DNA from: a virus
Lineage: Duplodnaviria > Caudoviricetes
Virus record (IMG/VR): IMGVR_UViG_3300030118_002679
Location: 1-58,402 of that record
Reading direction: 5' to 3' (one strand)
Length of the DNA stretch: 58,402 nt
Positions 1-8,886 of the stretch are shown one piece after another. How positions within the stretch are numbered: position 1 is the stretch's first letter; each line of letters opens with the position of its first letter. The position numbers and the translations under genes were made by a program. The notes below the pieces were generated by a model that was not told the DNA's origin, did no database searches, and saw only the letters and a list, made by a program, of their open reading frames with translations.

Positions 1-133
1 GAGTGACGTTAGCACAGACACAATTACAGATTGCACAGTCAAATCCACAATTACACAACATTCGTGAAGCATATCGTAGAGTTTATGAAGCGTTAGGCAC
101 GAAACAAATAGATACATTGCTGAAACCAGAGAG
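1..133. repeat. Terminal direct repeat, left copy (assembly overlap of a circular or permuted genome)
   Basis: Matches 58270-58402 except C56 vs T58325 (CAC/CAT, both His). Confidence 0.97.
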
Positions 134-725
134 ACTACCCACGCCTCTCGACCCAGCAATAGAAAATGCAGAAGCTTTACGTATGGAAATACCAAAAGCA
201 TACCCAGAACAGAACCACGATGCACATATCATGGCACATAGTGCTTTTATTAAAAGTAGAATGGTACAAATTAATCCTATGGTGTATGCATTATTACAAG
301 CTCATATATCAGAGCACTTATCGTTTAAGGCAAGAGCTTTAATTTTGCAAGAGTTGATGGCTAATCCACAAACTTTAGAGTTACAAAAAACAAAACCACA
401 AGATTTTTTAACATTAACAGAATCTTTAGTAGCTGATAAGGTCGCACAACTCACGATGGAGTTACAATCTTTAGAAGGATCAGAACAAAAGAAAGATCCA
501 TTAGTAGAACTTAAACAACAAGAGATGGATTTACGAGCTTTAGATATGCAACGTAAAATTCAAGAACATATAGACAAAGAAGAAAGAGCTATGGGTGAGT
601 TTAATGAAAAGATGGATCTAGAAAGAATGAAACGAGAGGATGCAGAAGAGGCCTCTGAAGAGAGAATACGAATAGCAGAAGAAAAGATTAATGTAGCAAG
701 GGAAAAAACAAATGCCCAAAAGTAG
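3..725 (+). CDS. Portal protein, C-terminal part (continues from 56643 across the circular join)
   Basis: Position 3 corresponds to 58272, in frame with the ORF starting at 56643; coiled-coil Q/E-rich tail as in P22-like portals. Confidence 0.85.
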   Translation: MTLAQTQLQIAQSNPQLHNIREAYRRVYEALGTKQIDTLLKPERLPTPLDPAIENAEALRMEIPKAYPEQNHDAHIMAHSAFIKSRMVQINPMVYALLQAHISEHLSFKARALILQELMANPQTLELQKTKPQDFLTLTESLVADKVAQLTMELQSLEGSEQKKDPLVELKQQEMDLRALDMQRKIQEHIDKEERAMGEFNEKMDLERMKREDAEEASEERIRIAEEKINVAREKTNAQK

Positions 726-1344
726 AAAGCAACCCTCAATAGATGAGATCATTTATGGTAAAGGATATATTATTGAAGAGGGTTACAATCCTTTAAAAAA
801 GAAAAAAATTAAAATTTTTAGAACATCACCAGAGCAAAAAAAAGAATTTTTAATTAAACAAAAAAATATACAAAGAGCAAAGAAAGGTAAAAAAATAGAA
901 AAACCTTCAAACCCATCTGTAGCAAATAAAGTTGTAGATGAAATAGTAAAAAGCAAAAAATACTCTTATGTAAAAAGAGCTATGAATCCAAAATCTCCTA
1001 CTATTGATAATCAGACTATAAGAACAATGGGAGCTGATGGTAAATTATTTCCTACAATTAGAAGAGATAAAAGAGGAAGATTAAGAAAATACGATAGTAA
1101 AGTAGCAAGAAAAATGTCTGAAATGAGAGGAGATGCAATTCCAGTGACAGACATAGCTCCTACTTATGTAAGTACAAAAGATGTTTCTATGGCCTTATCT
1201 GATAGAGTAGCTAAGGCTAGAGGAATGAAAAAAGGATCATCAATAAATAGTGGTTGCCCTTATCGTGAAAACGGTGTAAAAAGTGATATTAAAGGAATTA
1301 GCGATATTCAAATTAAAGGCAAAAAATTTATTGGTGTTAAGTGA
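712..1344 (+). CDS. Basic, Lys-rich hypothetical protein (candidate internal virion protein)
   Basis: 210 aa ORF; C-terminus IQIKGKKFIGVK resembles that of 8886-9500. Confidence 0.7.
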   Translation: MPKSRKQPSIDEIIYGKGYIIEEGYNPLKKKKIKIFRTSPEQKKEFLIKQKNIQRAKKGKKIEKPSNPSVANKVVDEIVKSKKYSYVKRAMNPKSPTIDNQTIRTMGADGKLFPTIRRDKRGRLRKYDSKVARKMSEMRGDAIPVTDIAPTYVSTKDVSMALSDRVAKARGMKKGSSINSGCPYRENGVKSDIKGISDIQIKGKKFIGVK

Positions 1345-1946
1345 TAGCTGGTGATTCTACAGAATACGAATTTATCTCAGAAGAAATAGCAAAGTTGGAG
1401 TTACCTCCTGTGGTGTTAACCTGTGAGATTGGTTTACGCAGAGGTCTAGGATCTAAAACTATCATGGATGCAGTTATTGCAAAAGGCACAGAACACTATA
1501 GACATTTAGCTGTAGATCCATATGGTAATTTAAATTATCAGCATTATGATGATAAGCCTCCATACACAGCAGATTACACAGATAATATGAAAGTAGAAAC
1601 TTTATATGACTTAGTAAAATATAAAGAGTTTGCTTTCTTTGAGTTTCCTGACACATATTTTTTTGAAACAATGAAAAACGGATATCCCATAAGTATTGAT
1701 GGACAAATGTATATGAAAGATGCTTATACTGTGGTACACCTAGATGGGCCTCATACTACTAATGCAGTAAATCATGAAATTAATTTTTTTATGAGACAAA
1801 TGGAAGATGAAAGTTTAATTATATTAGATGATTATAAAACTTATAATACAAAGACAGTAGATTGGTCTTTAGAAAAGATAGGATTTAAAAGAGTAAAAGA
1901 AGGAGATAGAAAATTAATTTATAAAAGGAGTAAAGGATGGCATTAA
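1341..1946 (+). CDS. Class I SAM-dependent methyltransferase (Methyltransf_24-like)
   Basis: Motif I EIGLRRGLGS, AVDPY, VVHLDGPH, IILDD. Confidence 0.75.
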   Translation: MIAGDSTEYEFISEEIAKLELPPVVLTCEIGLRRGLGSKTIMDAVIAKGTEHYRHLAVDPYGNLNYQHYDDKPPYTADYTDNMKVETLYDLVKYKEFAFFEFPDTYFFETMKNGYPISIDGQMYMKDAYTVVHLDGPHTTNAVNHEINFFMRQMEDESLIILDDYKTYNTKTVDWSLEKIGFKRVKEGDRKLIYKRSKGWH

Positions 1947-2317
1947 CTGCATTAATAGGACCAGCGACCAAATTAATTGGTAAATTTGTTAAAGACAAAG
2001 ATTTACAACAGAAGTTAAGTCACGATATAGCCACTATGGCAGAAAAACATGCTCAGCAACTTGCCCTCCAACAAATAGAAGTAAACAAAGCAGAAGCTAA
2101 AGGCAACTGGTTTCAATCATCGTGGCGACCCCTAATTGGTTGGATTTGCGGACTATCGCTTGCTATTAACTATATGGTTTCACCGATTATGGCAGGCTTT
2201 GGAATAGACATACCACAAGCTGACATGACGGTCATGATGCCGCTTTTATTCGGCATGCTAGGAATTTCAGGATTGAGAAGTTTTGACAAGTACAAAAAAA
2301 CGGATACAAAAAAATGA
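1937..2317 (+). CDS. Holin of the 3-TM gene-transfer-agent type
   Basis: WRPLIGW motif, hydrophobic segments, GMLGISGLRSFDK end. Confidence 0.8.
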   Translation: MALTALIGPATKLIGKFVKDKDLQQKLSHDIATMAEKHAQQLALQQIEVNKAEAKGNWFQSSWRPLIGWICGLSLAINYMVSPIMAGFGIDIPQADMTVMMPLLFGMLGISGLRSFDKYKKTDTKK

Positions 2318-2559
2318 TAAAAAGAATACATATCAATCAACATAAAATTAGAAGTAACAAAAAAAATAATAAAGAAGAACAAGTAATAACTGTAAAAACT
2401 TCTAAGAACAATTATTATGCTGATGAAGTAGAAGTAAAAGGTTCTTGCAAAGTTATTTACAAACCTAACAAACCCTTATCTTGTGGTGCAAGAGTATGGA
2501 TTGAAACTTCAGATGAAGTAATAATGAAGGATCATGATTTGATTACTAAAATTTTGTAA
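2314..2559 (+). CDS. Conserved phage hypothetical protein
   Basis: IHINQHKIRSN...KPLSCGARVWIET; overlaps both neighbours. Confidence 0.7.
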   Translation: MIKRIHINQHKIRSNKKNNKEEQVITVKTSKNNYYADEVEVKGSCKVIYKPNKPLSCGARVWIETSDEVIMKDHDLITKIL

Positions 2560-2684
2560 TGCCTAAAAAAATAAAACATTTTGCAAAGATAGAAACCAAA
2601 AGAATTAGAAGAAGGTTTAAACCAAAAGCAATAAGACATAGAAAAAAATTAGGACCTAAAAGCCATTTACGTATTGCTAGCTAA
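2559..2684 (+). CDS. 41-aa Arg/Lys-rich peptide (not in ORF track)
   Basis: TAATG coupling with the upstream gene; MPKKIKHFAKIETKRIRRRFKPKAIRHRKKLGPKSHLRIAS fills the gap. Confidence 0.6.
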   Translation: MPKKIKHFAKIETKRIRRRFKPKAIRHRKKLGPKSHLRIAS

Positions 2685-2695
2685 GGATAAAAAAA

Positions 2696-2881
2696 ATGTA
2701 TGATATAGACACAATCAGTGCCATTAATGATCTAATAAAAAAAGAAATAGAAGTAGTAAAAGAAAATATCATATACAGTATAGACACACAAGAAGGTTTG
2801 CAATATGCTAGAGGTAAGATCAATGCGTTAGAAACATTGCTACAGGAATTAAAAAACCTGCGAAATAGAGAGGACTTATGA
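2696..2881 (+). CDS. Hypothetical protein
   Basis: AAGGAT RBS; YARGKINALE; coupled to groES. Confidence 0.7.
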   Translation: MYDIDTISAINDLIKKEIEVVKENIIYSIDTQEGLQYARGKINALETLLQELKNLRNREDL

Positions 2882-3297
2882 AACTTATCACGCCTAAAAA
2901 GTACAAAACATCTGAACAACAGATGCACGTTCCCAAAGGCAAGGAACAAACAGAAGAATATTTAGATTTAATACCCAACCCAGTAGGATACAGATTATTA
3001 GTAAGGCCTTGGTCAGGACAGAAAAAAACTGACGGAGGTATTATCTTATCTGATCAAACAAAAGAAACTATTGAGATGACGACTGTTGTAGGTTTAGTTA
3101 TCAAAATGGGAGACCTATGTTACAAAGACAAAGATAGATTTCCAAATGGACCTTGGTGTAAGGAAGGACAATTTGTAATATATGGTCGTTATTCAGGAGC
3201 ACGTTTTAAAACTAAATATGGCGAACATAGAATTTTAAACGATGATGAAATTATTGGAACAATTAAAAAACCAGAGGACATCCTCGCACTATTTTAA
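2878..3297 (+). CDS. groES: Co-chaperonin GroES (Cpn10)
   Basis: PVGYRLLVRP, KTDGGIIL mobile loop, GLVIKMG, RILNDDEIIG. Confidence 0.9.
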   Translation: MKLITPKKYKTSEQQMHVPKGKEQTEEYLDLIPNPVGYRLLVRPWSGQKKTDGGIILSDQTKETIEMTTVVGLVIKMGDLCYKDKDRFPNGPWCKEGQFVIYGRYSGARFKTKYGEHRILNDDEIIGTIKKPEDILALF

Positions 3298-3306
3298 GGA
3301 GATAGT

Positions 3307-4263
3307 ATGTCACAAGAACAATTAAAATTTAATAGAGAATCAGATCCTATATCAGTAGGAGAAGATGCACATGAAGAAAAAGAGTTAAATGTGGAACCAA
3401 AAAAAGAAGAAGAAAAGGTAGAACTGGAACAAGTAGATTTAGGGTATACAGATCCTAACAAAAAAGAAACAGAAGCTAAAGTAGTAGACGAAAAAAAAGC
3501 AGAAGATAAACCTGCAAATCTAAATGAGATATCTACTAGTGTACAAAGAAGAATAGACCAACTGACTAAAAGATACAGAGAAGCAGAGAGAAGAGAAAAA
3601 GCTGCTCTAGATTATGCGAGAGGTATACAAGATAAATACAAAAAAGCAGAAACTACTTTAAACACTGTAGATGATAATTATTTAAAAGAATTTGATGCAC
3701 GAGTAGATGCACAAAGAGAACAAGTTAAAAGTAATTTAAAAGCAGCTATTGAAAATAATGATGCTGATAAAATTACAGAGGCTAATGATTTATTAGCTAA
3801 GTTGTCTGTAGAAAAAGAAAAAGCTAGAATTTTACAAGACAACAAGAAAAAAGAAACTAGTGCAGAAACACAAACGCAAACACAGCCGCAGACAGCACAA
3901 GCAAATCAACCTCAGCAGACTACACCAAGAAAAGAGCCTTCTGAGAAAGCTGTAGGGTGGGCAGAAAAAAATGCTTGGTTTGGAAAAGATAAAGTGCTTA
4001 CAAATGCAGCTTATGGTATACATGAAGATTTAGTCGCACAAGGGTTTGACCCAGAGAGTGATGACTATTATAATGAAATAGATTTCAAGATGAGGGAATA
4101 TTTCCCTAGTAGATTTGAAAAAGAAAAACGACCCACACAAACGGTGGCTTCGGCTGGTAGAAAACAAGAGGGTCGCAGAACTGTGAAACTCACTCGATCA
4201 CAGGTAGCAATAGCTAAAAAGTTGGGAGTGCCTTTGGAAGAATATGCCAAATTTGTTAAATAG
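3307..4263 (+). CDS. Putative capsid scaffolding protein
   Basis: Acidic coiled coil; C-terminal VKLTRSQVAIAKKLGVPLEEYAK; located before the capsid genes. Confidence 0.65.
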   Translation: MSQEQLKFNRESDPISVGEDAHEEKELNVEPKKEEEKVELEQVDLGYTDPNKKETEAKVVDEKKAEDKPANLNEISTSVQRRIDQLTKRYREAERREKAALDYARGIQDKYKKAETTLNTVDDNYLKEFDARVDAQREQVKSNLKAAIENNDADKITEANDLLAKLSVEKEKARILQDNKKKETSAETQTQTQPQTAQANQPQQTTPRKEPSEKAVGWAEKNAWFGKDKVLTNAAYGIHEDLVAQGFDPESDDYYNEIDFKMREYFPSRFEKEKRPTQTVASAGRKQEGRRTVKLTRSQVAIAKKLGVPLEEYAKFVK

Positions 4264-4271
4264 GAGTCATT

Positions 4272-4736
4272 ATGGACAAACTTAATAGAAACTCACGAAC
4301 TTCCACAGTGAGAGAGACCAGAAAAAAACAGTGGATGCCACCATCAAGTCTGGATGCACCCCCTGCTCCAAAAGGGTTTAAACATCGTTGGATTAGAACC
4401 GAAACTATGGGTCAAGATGATACTGGAAATGTATCTAAGAAACTTAGAGAAGGTTGGGAATTTGTAAGAGCTGAAGAGATTAAAAGTCAAATTGGTGAAC
4501 ATGATTATCCAATAATTAGCGATGGAAAATATCAGGGGTTGATAGGAGTTGGTGGACTCGTGTTGGCGAGGATACCTGAAGAAATAATTGATCAACGCAG
4601 TAATTATTACAAAAATAAAACTAAAGGTCAGATTGAAGCAGTTGACAATGATGTTCTGAGGGAACAACGACCTGAGATGCCTATAAATATTGATAGACAA
4701 TCTCGTGTAACTTTTGGTGGTGGTCGTAAGTCCTAG
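4272..4736 (+). CDS. Conserved head-module protein
   Basis: WMPPSSLDAPPAPKGFKHRWIR...KLREGWEFV; AGGAG RBS. Confidence 0.7.
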   Translation: MDKLNRNSRTSTVRETRKKQWMPPSSLDAPPAPKGFKHRWIRTETMGQDDTGNVSKKLREGWEFVRAEEIKSQIGEHDYPIISDGKYQGLIGVGGLVLARIPEEIIDQRSNYYKNKTKGQIEAVDNDVLREQRPEMPINIDRQSRVTFGGGRKS

Positions 4737-4794
4737 ATTTAAGACAACTACCGTATTTGTTTAATAGCCTATTATTTTTACAAGGAGGTAAAAC

Positions 4795-5382
4795 ATGGCA
4801 AACGTAAGTGAAAAATTTGGTCTTAGACCTTATAAAACACTTGGGGGTCATTCATGGAACAACCAACAGAATAGGTACACTATATCAGCAAACTACGGTA
4901 CAGCTATTTTCCAAGGTGATTTAGTTATACCTGCAACTGATGGTGACATTGAAAGACACACAGCTGGAAACGCAACTCCAATTATTGGTGTTTTCAATGG
5001 ATGTTTCTATACTGATCCAACAACCAAGAAACCAACATTTAGCAATCATTATCCTGGTAGTATTAACGCTAGTGATATTGTAGCTAATGTTATAGACGAT
5101 CCACAAACTTTATTTTTAATTGATGCCGATGCAGCATTTACTAGAGCAGGTTTGTTTACAAATTATTCTGTGACAAACGTGACTGGTAATACTGACACTG
5201 GTATCTCTAAAGTACAGTTAGATGTATCCGAGGTGAGCACATCATTTAGCTTCGCATTACAAGCAGTAGATATTTGTCAAGATCCAAATAACGAAGATAC
5301 TGGTAATGCAAACGCTAATGTAATTGTTCGTATTAATAATCACTTCTTTCAGCGAAATAATGCCGCTGATACTGGCGTATAA
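4795..5382 (+). CDS. Putative capsid decoration/cement protein
   Basis: Strong AAGGAGGT RBS; beta-rich; immediately upstream of the MCP. Confidence 0.6.
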   Translation: MANVSEKFGLRPYKTLGGHSWNNQQNRYTISANYGTAIFQGDLVIPATDGDIERHTAGNATPIIGVFNGCFYTDPTTKKPTFSNHYPGSINASDIVANVIDDPQTLFLIDADAAFTRAGLFTNYSVTNVTGNTDTGISKVQLDVSEVSTSFSFALQAVDICQDPNNEDTGNANANVIVRINNHFFQRNNAADTGV

Positions 5383-5393
5383 GGGGGTAAATT

Positions 5394-6305
5394 ATGGCAA
5401 TATCTAGAAGTCAACTAGTCAAAGAATTAGAGCCAGGTTTAAATGCTCTCTTTGGTCTAGAATATAATAAGTATGAAAACGAACATGCAGAAATTTTCAC
5501 AAGTGAAGCATCAGACAGAGCTTTTGAAGAAGAAGTAATGTTATCAGGTTTCGGTTCTGCTCCAGTAAAACAAGAGGGTGCAAACGTCACATTTGACCAA
5601 GCAACTGAATCTTTTACTGCGAGGTATACACACGAAACTATCGCAATGGCATTTGCTATCACAGAAGAAGCTATTGAAGATAATCTGTATGATAGGTTAG
5701 CAGCAAGATACACAAGAGCATTAGCTAGAAGTATGGCTAATACTAAACAAGTAAAAGCAGCTAATATTTTAAACAACGCATTTGATCCAAACTTTACTGG
5801 TGGCGATGGTAAACCTCTATGTGATTTAGAGCACCCATTAGCTAATGGTGGAGTTCTCAAAAATGAGTTAACAACAGCAGCTGATTTAAGCGAAACATCA
5901 TTAGAGCAGTCTATGATTGACATAGCAGCTTTTATTGATGAGAGAGGTTTAAAGATTGCTCTACAAGGTGTGAAGTTGATAATTCCAAAAGAGTTACAAT
6001 TTACTGCTGAGAGAATTTTAAAGTCTCCACAAAGAGTCGGCACAGCAGATAATGATATAAACGCTATGGCTTCAATGGGCATGATACCACAAGGTTATAG
6101 AGTTAATCATTATTTAACTGATATTGATGCTTTCTTCATTATGACTGATGCTCCTAACGGATTAAAACAATTTGTTAGAAGTCCAATCAAGACAGCTATT
6201 GAAGGTGACTTTGATACTGGTAATGTAAGATTTAAAGCAAGAGAGAGATATTCATTTGGATTCTCCGATCCTAGAGGTATTTTTGGCTCACCTGGTGCAG
6301 CTTAA
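5394..6305 (+). CDS. Major capsid protein
   Basis: MAISRSQLVKELEPGLNALFG...KARERYSFGFSDPRGIFGSPGA, typical of abundant marine phage capsids; followed by a terminator. Confidence 0.9.
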   Translation: MAISRSQLVKELEPGLNALFGLEYNKYENEHAEIFTSEASDRAFEEEVMLSGFGSAPVKQEGANVTFDQATESFTARYTHETIAMAFAITEEAIEDNLYDRLAARYTRALARSMANTKQVKAANILNNAFDPNFTGGDGKPLCDLEHPLANGGVLKNELTTAADLSETSLEQSMIDIAAFIDERGLKIALQGVKLIIPKELQFTAERILKSPQRVGTADNDINAMASMGMIPQGYRVNHYLTDIDAFFIMTDAPNGLKQFVRSPIKTAIEGDFDTGNVRFKARERYSFGFSDPRGIFGSPGAA

Positions 6306-6328
6306 AAATCTTCTATAATAAACTAAAG

Positions 6329-6357
6329 AAAGGGGTCTTACATAGATCCCTTTTTTT
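6329..6357 (+). terminator. Rho-independent terminator after the MCP
   Basis: AAAGGGGTCT-TACAT-AGATCCCTTT followed by a T-run. Confidence 0.75.
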
Positions 6358-6369
6358 ATGTATACTGTA

Positions 6370-6446
6370 ATTACCAAGATTAATAATGGATATAGACTGG
6401 CTTGGCAGATACCCTAGAAAACTATATCTACAACTAGGAGAAAATT
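6370..6446 (+). promoter_or_regulatory. Structured 5' leader with two possible pseudoknot pairings, one covering the RBS
   Basis: Stem 6387-6395/6422-6430; CCAAG(6374)/CTTGG(6401); CCTAG(6413)/CTAGG(6434); TTACAT-17-TATACT promoter upstream. Confidence 0.45.
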
Positions 6447-7067
6447 ATGGGAACTACAACTTTTTCAGGTCCAGTCAGATCAGAGAATGGATTTCAAACT
6501 ATAACAAAAAACGCATCCACTGGTGCAATTACTGTTACAAGTGGAGATAAAATGGCAGTTGAGGCTACTGGAGGTGCTGGTATTGAAGGCACAGCATCAG
6601 TTTATGTCACTCAAGTAAATAGACTTAAAAGTGACGTAACTACCAATGTTAATATTGTTAAAACAACTATTATGATTGATTTAACTGGTCTTAAAGATGG
6701 TGGAACTGCTGGTGACATTATAGGTAAAGATGGAGCTGGTGTTGCTTTTATTGGTCAAGTAACAACTGCTAACCAAGGCACTGTTTTTGGCGTAACAATG
6801 ACATGTCTTGAAACACCTGCTGGTGGAAGTACAGATATTGATCTGTTTTCAGCAACTGAAGGCACTGGTGTTAATGACACTGCAATCGGTGATTTAACAG
6901 AAACTCAAATTATAAACGCTGGTGCAGCATCAGCTGGTACTGTGGTTGCTGGTGGGGATATTGCAGCAGATCAGTTTTTGTATTTAGTTAGTCAGGGCAC
7001 AGGTGATGCAACTTACACAGCTGGGCGTTTCTTAATTGAAATTACTGGTTTTGACGCAGCTAGTTAA
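6447..7067 (+). CDS. Virion structural protein
   Basis: MGTTTFSGPVRS start; G/T/A-rich beta protein after the MCP. Confidence 0.65.
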   Translation: MGTTTFSGPVRSENGFQTITKNASTGAITVTSGDKMAVEATGGAGIEGTASVYVTQVNRLKSDVTTNVNIVKTTIMIDLTGLKDGGTAGDIIGKDGAGVAFIGQVTTANQGTVFGVTMTCLETPAGGSTDIDLFSATEGTGVNDTAIGDLTETQIINAGAASAGTVVAGGDIAADQFLYLVSQGTGDATYTAGRFLIEITGFDAAS

Positions 7068-7079
7068 TAGGAGAATATT

Positions 7080-7388
7080 ATGAACTCAGATATAGGAGCA
7101 AAAACTTTAACTAGCACTGGAACTATTCAGTCTGGTCGTACAAGATTGCTATCTATTTATTATGTGGGTCATAGTTCGGCTGGAAGTTTAACTTTCAAAG
7201 ATGGTGGAGCAACTGGTACACAAAAACTTGTGATAGCAACTCCTGCTGGAAGTGCAGCTGATCAATATCAAGTGGATATGCCTTTAGATGGTATAGTTTT
7301 TAAAACTGATATGCACTTGACTATTAGCAATGTAACCTCTGTTACAGTTTTTGTAACACCGATTACTGCTGATACTGATAATGGATAG
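7080..7388 (+). CDS. Virion structural protein (small beta-sandwich)
   Basis: AGGAG RBS; composition and position. Confidence 0.6.
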   Translation: MNSDIGAKTLTSTGTIQSGRTRLLSIYYVGHSSAGSLTFKDGGATGTQKLVIATPAGSAADQYQVDMPLDGIVFKTDMHLTISNVTSVTVFVTPITADTDNG

Positions 7389-7689
7389 TTATACAGAAGA
7401 ATTACTTGGATTAAAGCGAGGTGGTATGCCGCCTCGTTCCAAGAAGTATTTTAGATCTACCAAATCTGGTGCAGGTATGACCAAAGCAGGTGTAGCTAGA
7501 TACAGAAGAGAAAACCCTGGATCAAAACTTAAAACAGCAGTAACAAAAAAAAAGAATTTAACAAAAAAAGAAAAAGCTAGAAGAAAATCATTTTGTGCAA
7601 GAAGTGCTGGACAAATGAAAAAATTTCCAAAAGCTGCTAAAGATCCTAATTCTAGATTAAGACAAGCTAGACGTAGATGGAGATGTTAA
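7381..7689 (+). CDS. Basic protein, DUF6321-like
   Basis: RRKSFCARSAG...KDPNSRLRQARRRWRC. Confidence 0.7.
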   Translation: MDSYTEELLGLKRGGMPPRSKKYFRSTKSGAGMTKAGVARYRRENPGSKLKTAVTKKKNLTKKEKARRKSFCARSAGQMKKFPKAAKDPNSRLRQARRRWRC

Positions 7690-8151
7690 ATGAAATTATC
7701 CGAAAATTTTAGTCTTCACGAGTTCACTAGATCTCAAATTGCAACTAGAAATAATATAGATAATACACCTAATGAAAAACAAATTTTTAATTTAAGAAAT
7801 TTATGTGTGCACATTTTACAACCTGTAAGAGATTATTTTATGAAACCTATGATTATTAGTTCTGGATTCAGGTGTGCAGAACTAAATCAAAAGCTGGGTT
7901 CAAGTATTAAGTCACAACATGTGCAAGGTCAAGCGGCAGATATCGAGGTATTAGAAGTTGGTAATTTAGAACTTAGTGATTGGATTCACGCTAATTTAAA
8001 ATACGATCAATTAATATTAGAGTTTCATAATCCAGAAAAAGATCCACATTCTGGTTGGGTACATGTATCTTACAGTACAGATGAAAATAGATATGAGTAT
8101 CTGGAGGCATACAAAAATGAAGAAGGTAAAACGAGGTATAAATTAAAGTAA
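7690..8151 (+). CDS. Peptidase M15A endolysin
   Basis: LSENFSLHEF, ISSGFRC, SQHVQGQAAD, WVHVS zinc ligands. Confidence 0.9.
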   Translation: MKLSENFSLHEFTRSQIATRNNIDNTPNEKQIFNLRNLCVHILQPVRDYFMKPMIISSGFRCAELNQKLGSSIKSQHVQGQAADIEVLEVGNLELSDWIHANLKYDQLILEFHNPEKDPHSGWVHVSYSTDENRYEYLEAYKNEEGKTRYKLK

Positions 8152-8286
8152 ATGGCAATAAGTAGATCACAGATGAGGCAACAAATATCTAAACCTCCAC
8201 AGAAAAAAAAATTCAACAAGAAGAAAAGAGTTAGGATAATTCAAGGCAACAAAGGAAAATCAAAGAGCAAGATATTTACACGTTAA
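8152..8286 (+). CDS. 44-aa basic peptide whose N-terminus matches the MCP (not in ORF track)
   Basis: MAISRSQMRQQISKPPQKKKFNKKKRVRIIQGNKGKSKSKIFTR; ATG directly follows the endolysin stop. Confidence 0.65.
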   Translation: MAISRSQMRQQISKPPQKKKFNKKKRVRIIQGNKGKSKSKIFTR

Positions 8287-8303
8287 TAAGAGTGCAGTAT
8301 AAT
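8275..8303 (+). promoter_or_regulatory. Sigma70-type promoter
   Basis: TTTACA-17-TATAAT upstream of an AAGGAG RBS. Confidence 0.6.
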
Positions 8304-8320
8304 AAAACAAGGAGATATAT

Positions 8321-8593
8321 ATGACAAAATTATGCCCAAGAGGAAAAGCAGCAGCTAAAAGAAAATTTAAAGTTTATCCAAGTGCCTATGCAAATGCCTA
8401 TGCTTCAAAAATATGTGCTGGTAAAATAAAAGACCCCAGTGGTGTAAAAAGAAAAGATTTTAAAGGACCAAAACCAGCATCAAAAGGTACTATGGTAGAT
8501 ACTTTTGAGGGTCATGAAGTACAAGGAGGTTCTATACAAGGCGATTATGGAACTAATAGTAGTATGCAAGGTTATTACAAAGACTTGTTATAA
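8321..8593 (+). CDS. Basic conserved phage protein
   Basis: KLCPRGKAAAKRKFKVYPSAYANAYASKIC. Confidence 0.75.
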   Translation: MTKLCPRGKAAAKRKFKVYPSAYANAYASKICAGKIKDPSGVKRKDFKGPKPASKGTMVDTFEGHEVQGGSIQGDYGTNSSMQGYYKDLL

Positions 8594-8595
8594 TT

Positions 8596-8886
8596 ATGTC
8601 CTCTGGTTTAAAAAAATGGTTTGCTCAAAAATGGGTGGATATAGGAAGTAAAGATAAAGATGGTAAGTTTAAACCTTGTGGAAGAAGTAAACAAAAAGCA
8701 GATGCAAAAAGAAAGTACCCTAAGTGTGTGCCTTTAGCTAAAGCTAGAAGAATGACAGAGGGTCAAAGAAAAAGTGCTGTAAAAAGAAAAAGAGCAAAAG
8801 CTCAAGGAGTGGGAGGTAAACCTACTAATGTTAAAACTTTTGCAGTCAAAGGTGGATTAGCAGATTATTATAAAGGAGTTATATAA
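8596..8886 (+). CDS. Basic protein, DUF5872-like
   Basis: GLKKWFAQKWVDI...CGRS...YPKCVP. Confidence 0.7.
   Translation: MSSGLKKWFAQKWVDIGSKDKDGKFKPCGRSKQKADAKRKYPKCVPLAKARRMTEGQRKSAVKRKRAKAQGVGGKPTNVKTFAVKGGLADYYKGVI

Noticed and set aside
1-133. End repeat as a true physical terminal repeat
   Set aside because: It lies mid-portal with no regulatory context; better explained as assembly overlap of a circular or permuted genome.
5411-6082. 223-aa antisense ORF over the MCP (likewise 8879-9472, 12397-12927, 12928-13392, 13495-13971, 27306-27734, 29938-30372, 36482-36880 and other short antisense ORFs)
   Set aside because: Shadows of biased sense-strand codon usage; no RBS or recognisable motifs.
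8247-8256. AACAAAGGA as another regulon leader
   Set aside because: It is inside a small ORF with no operator promoter or properly spaced start codon; shows the 9-mer can occur by chance.
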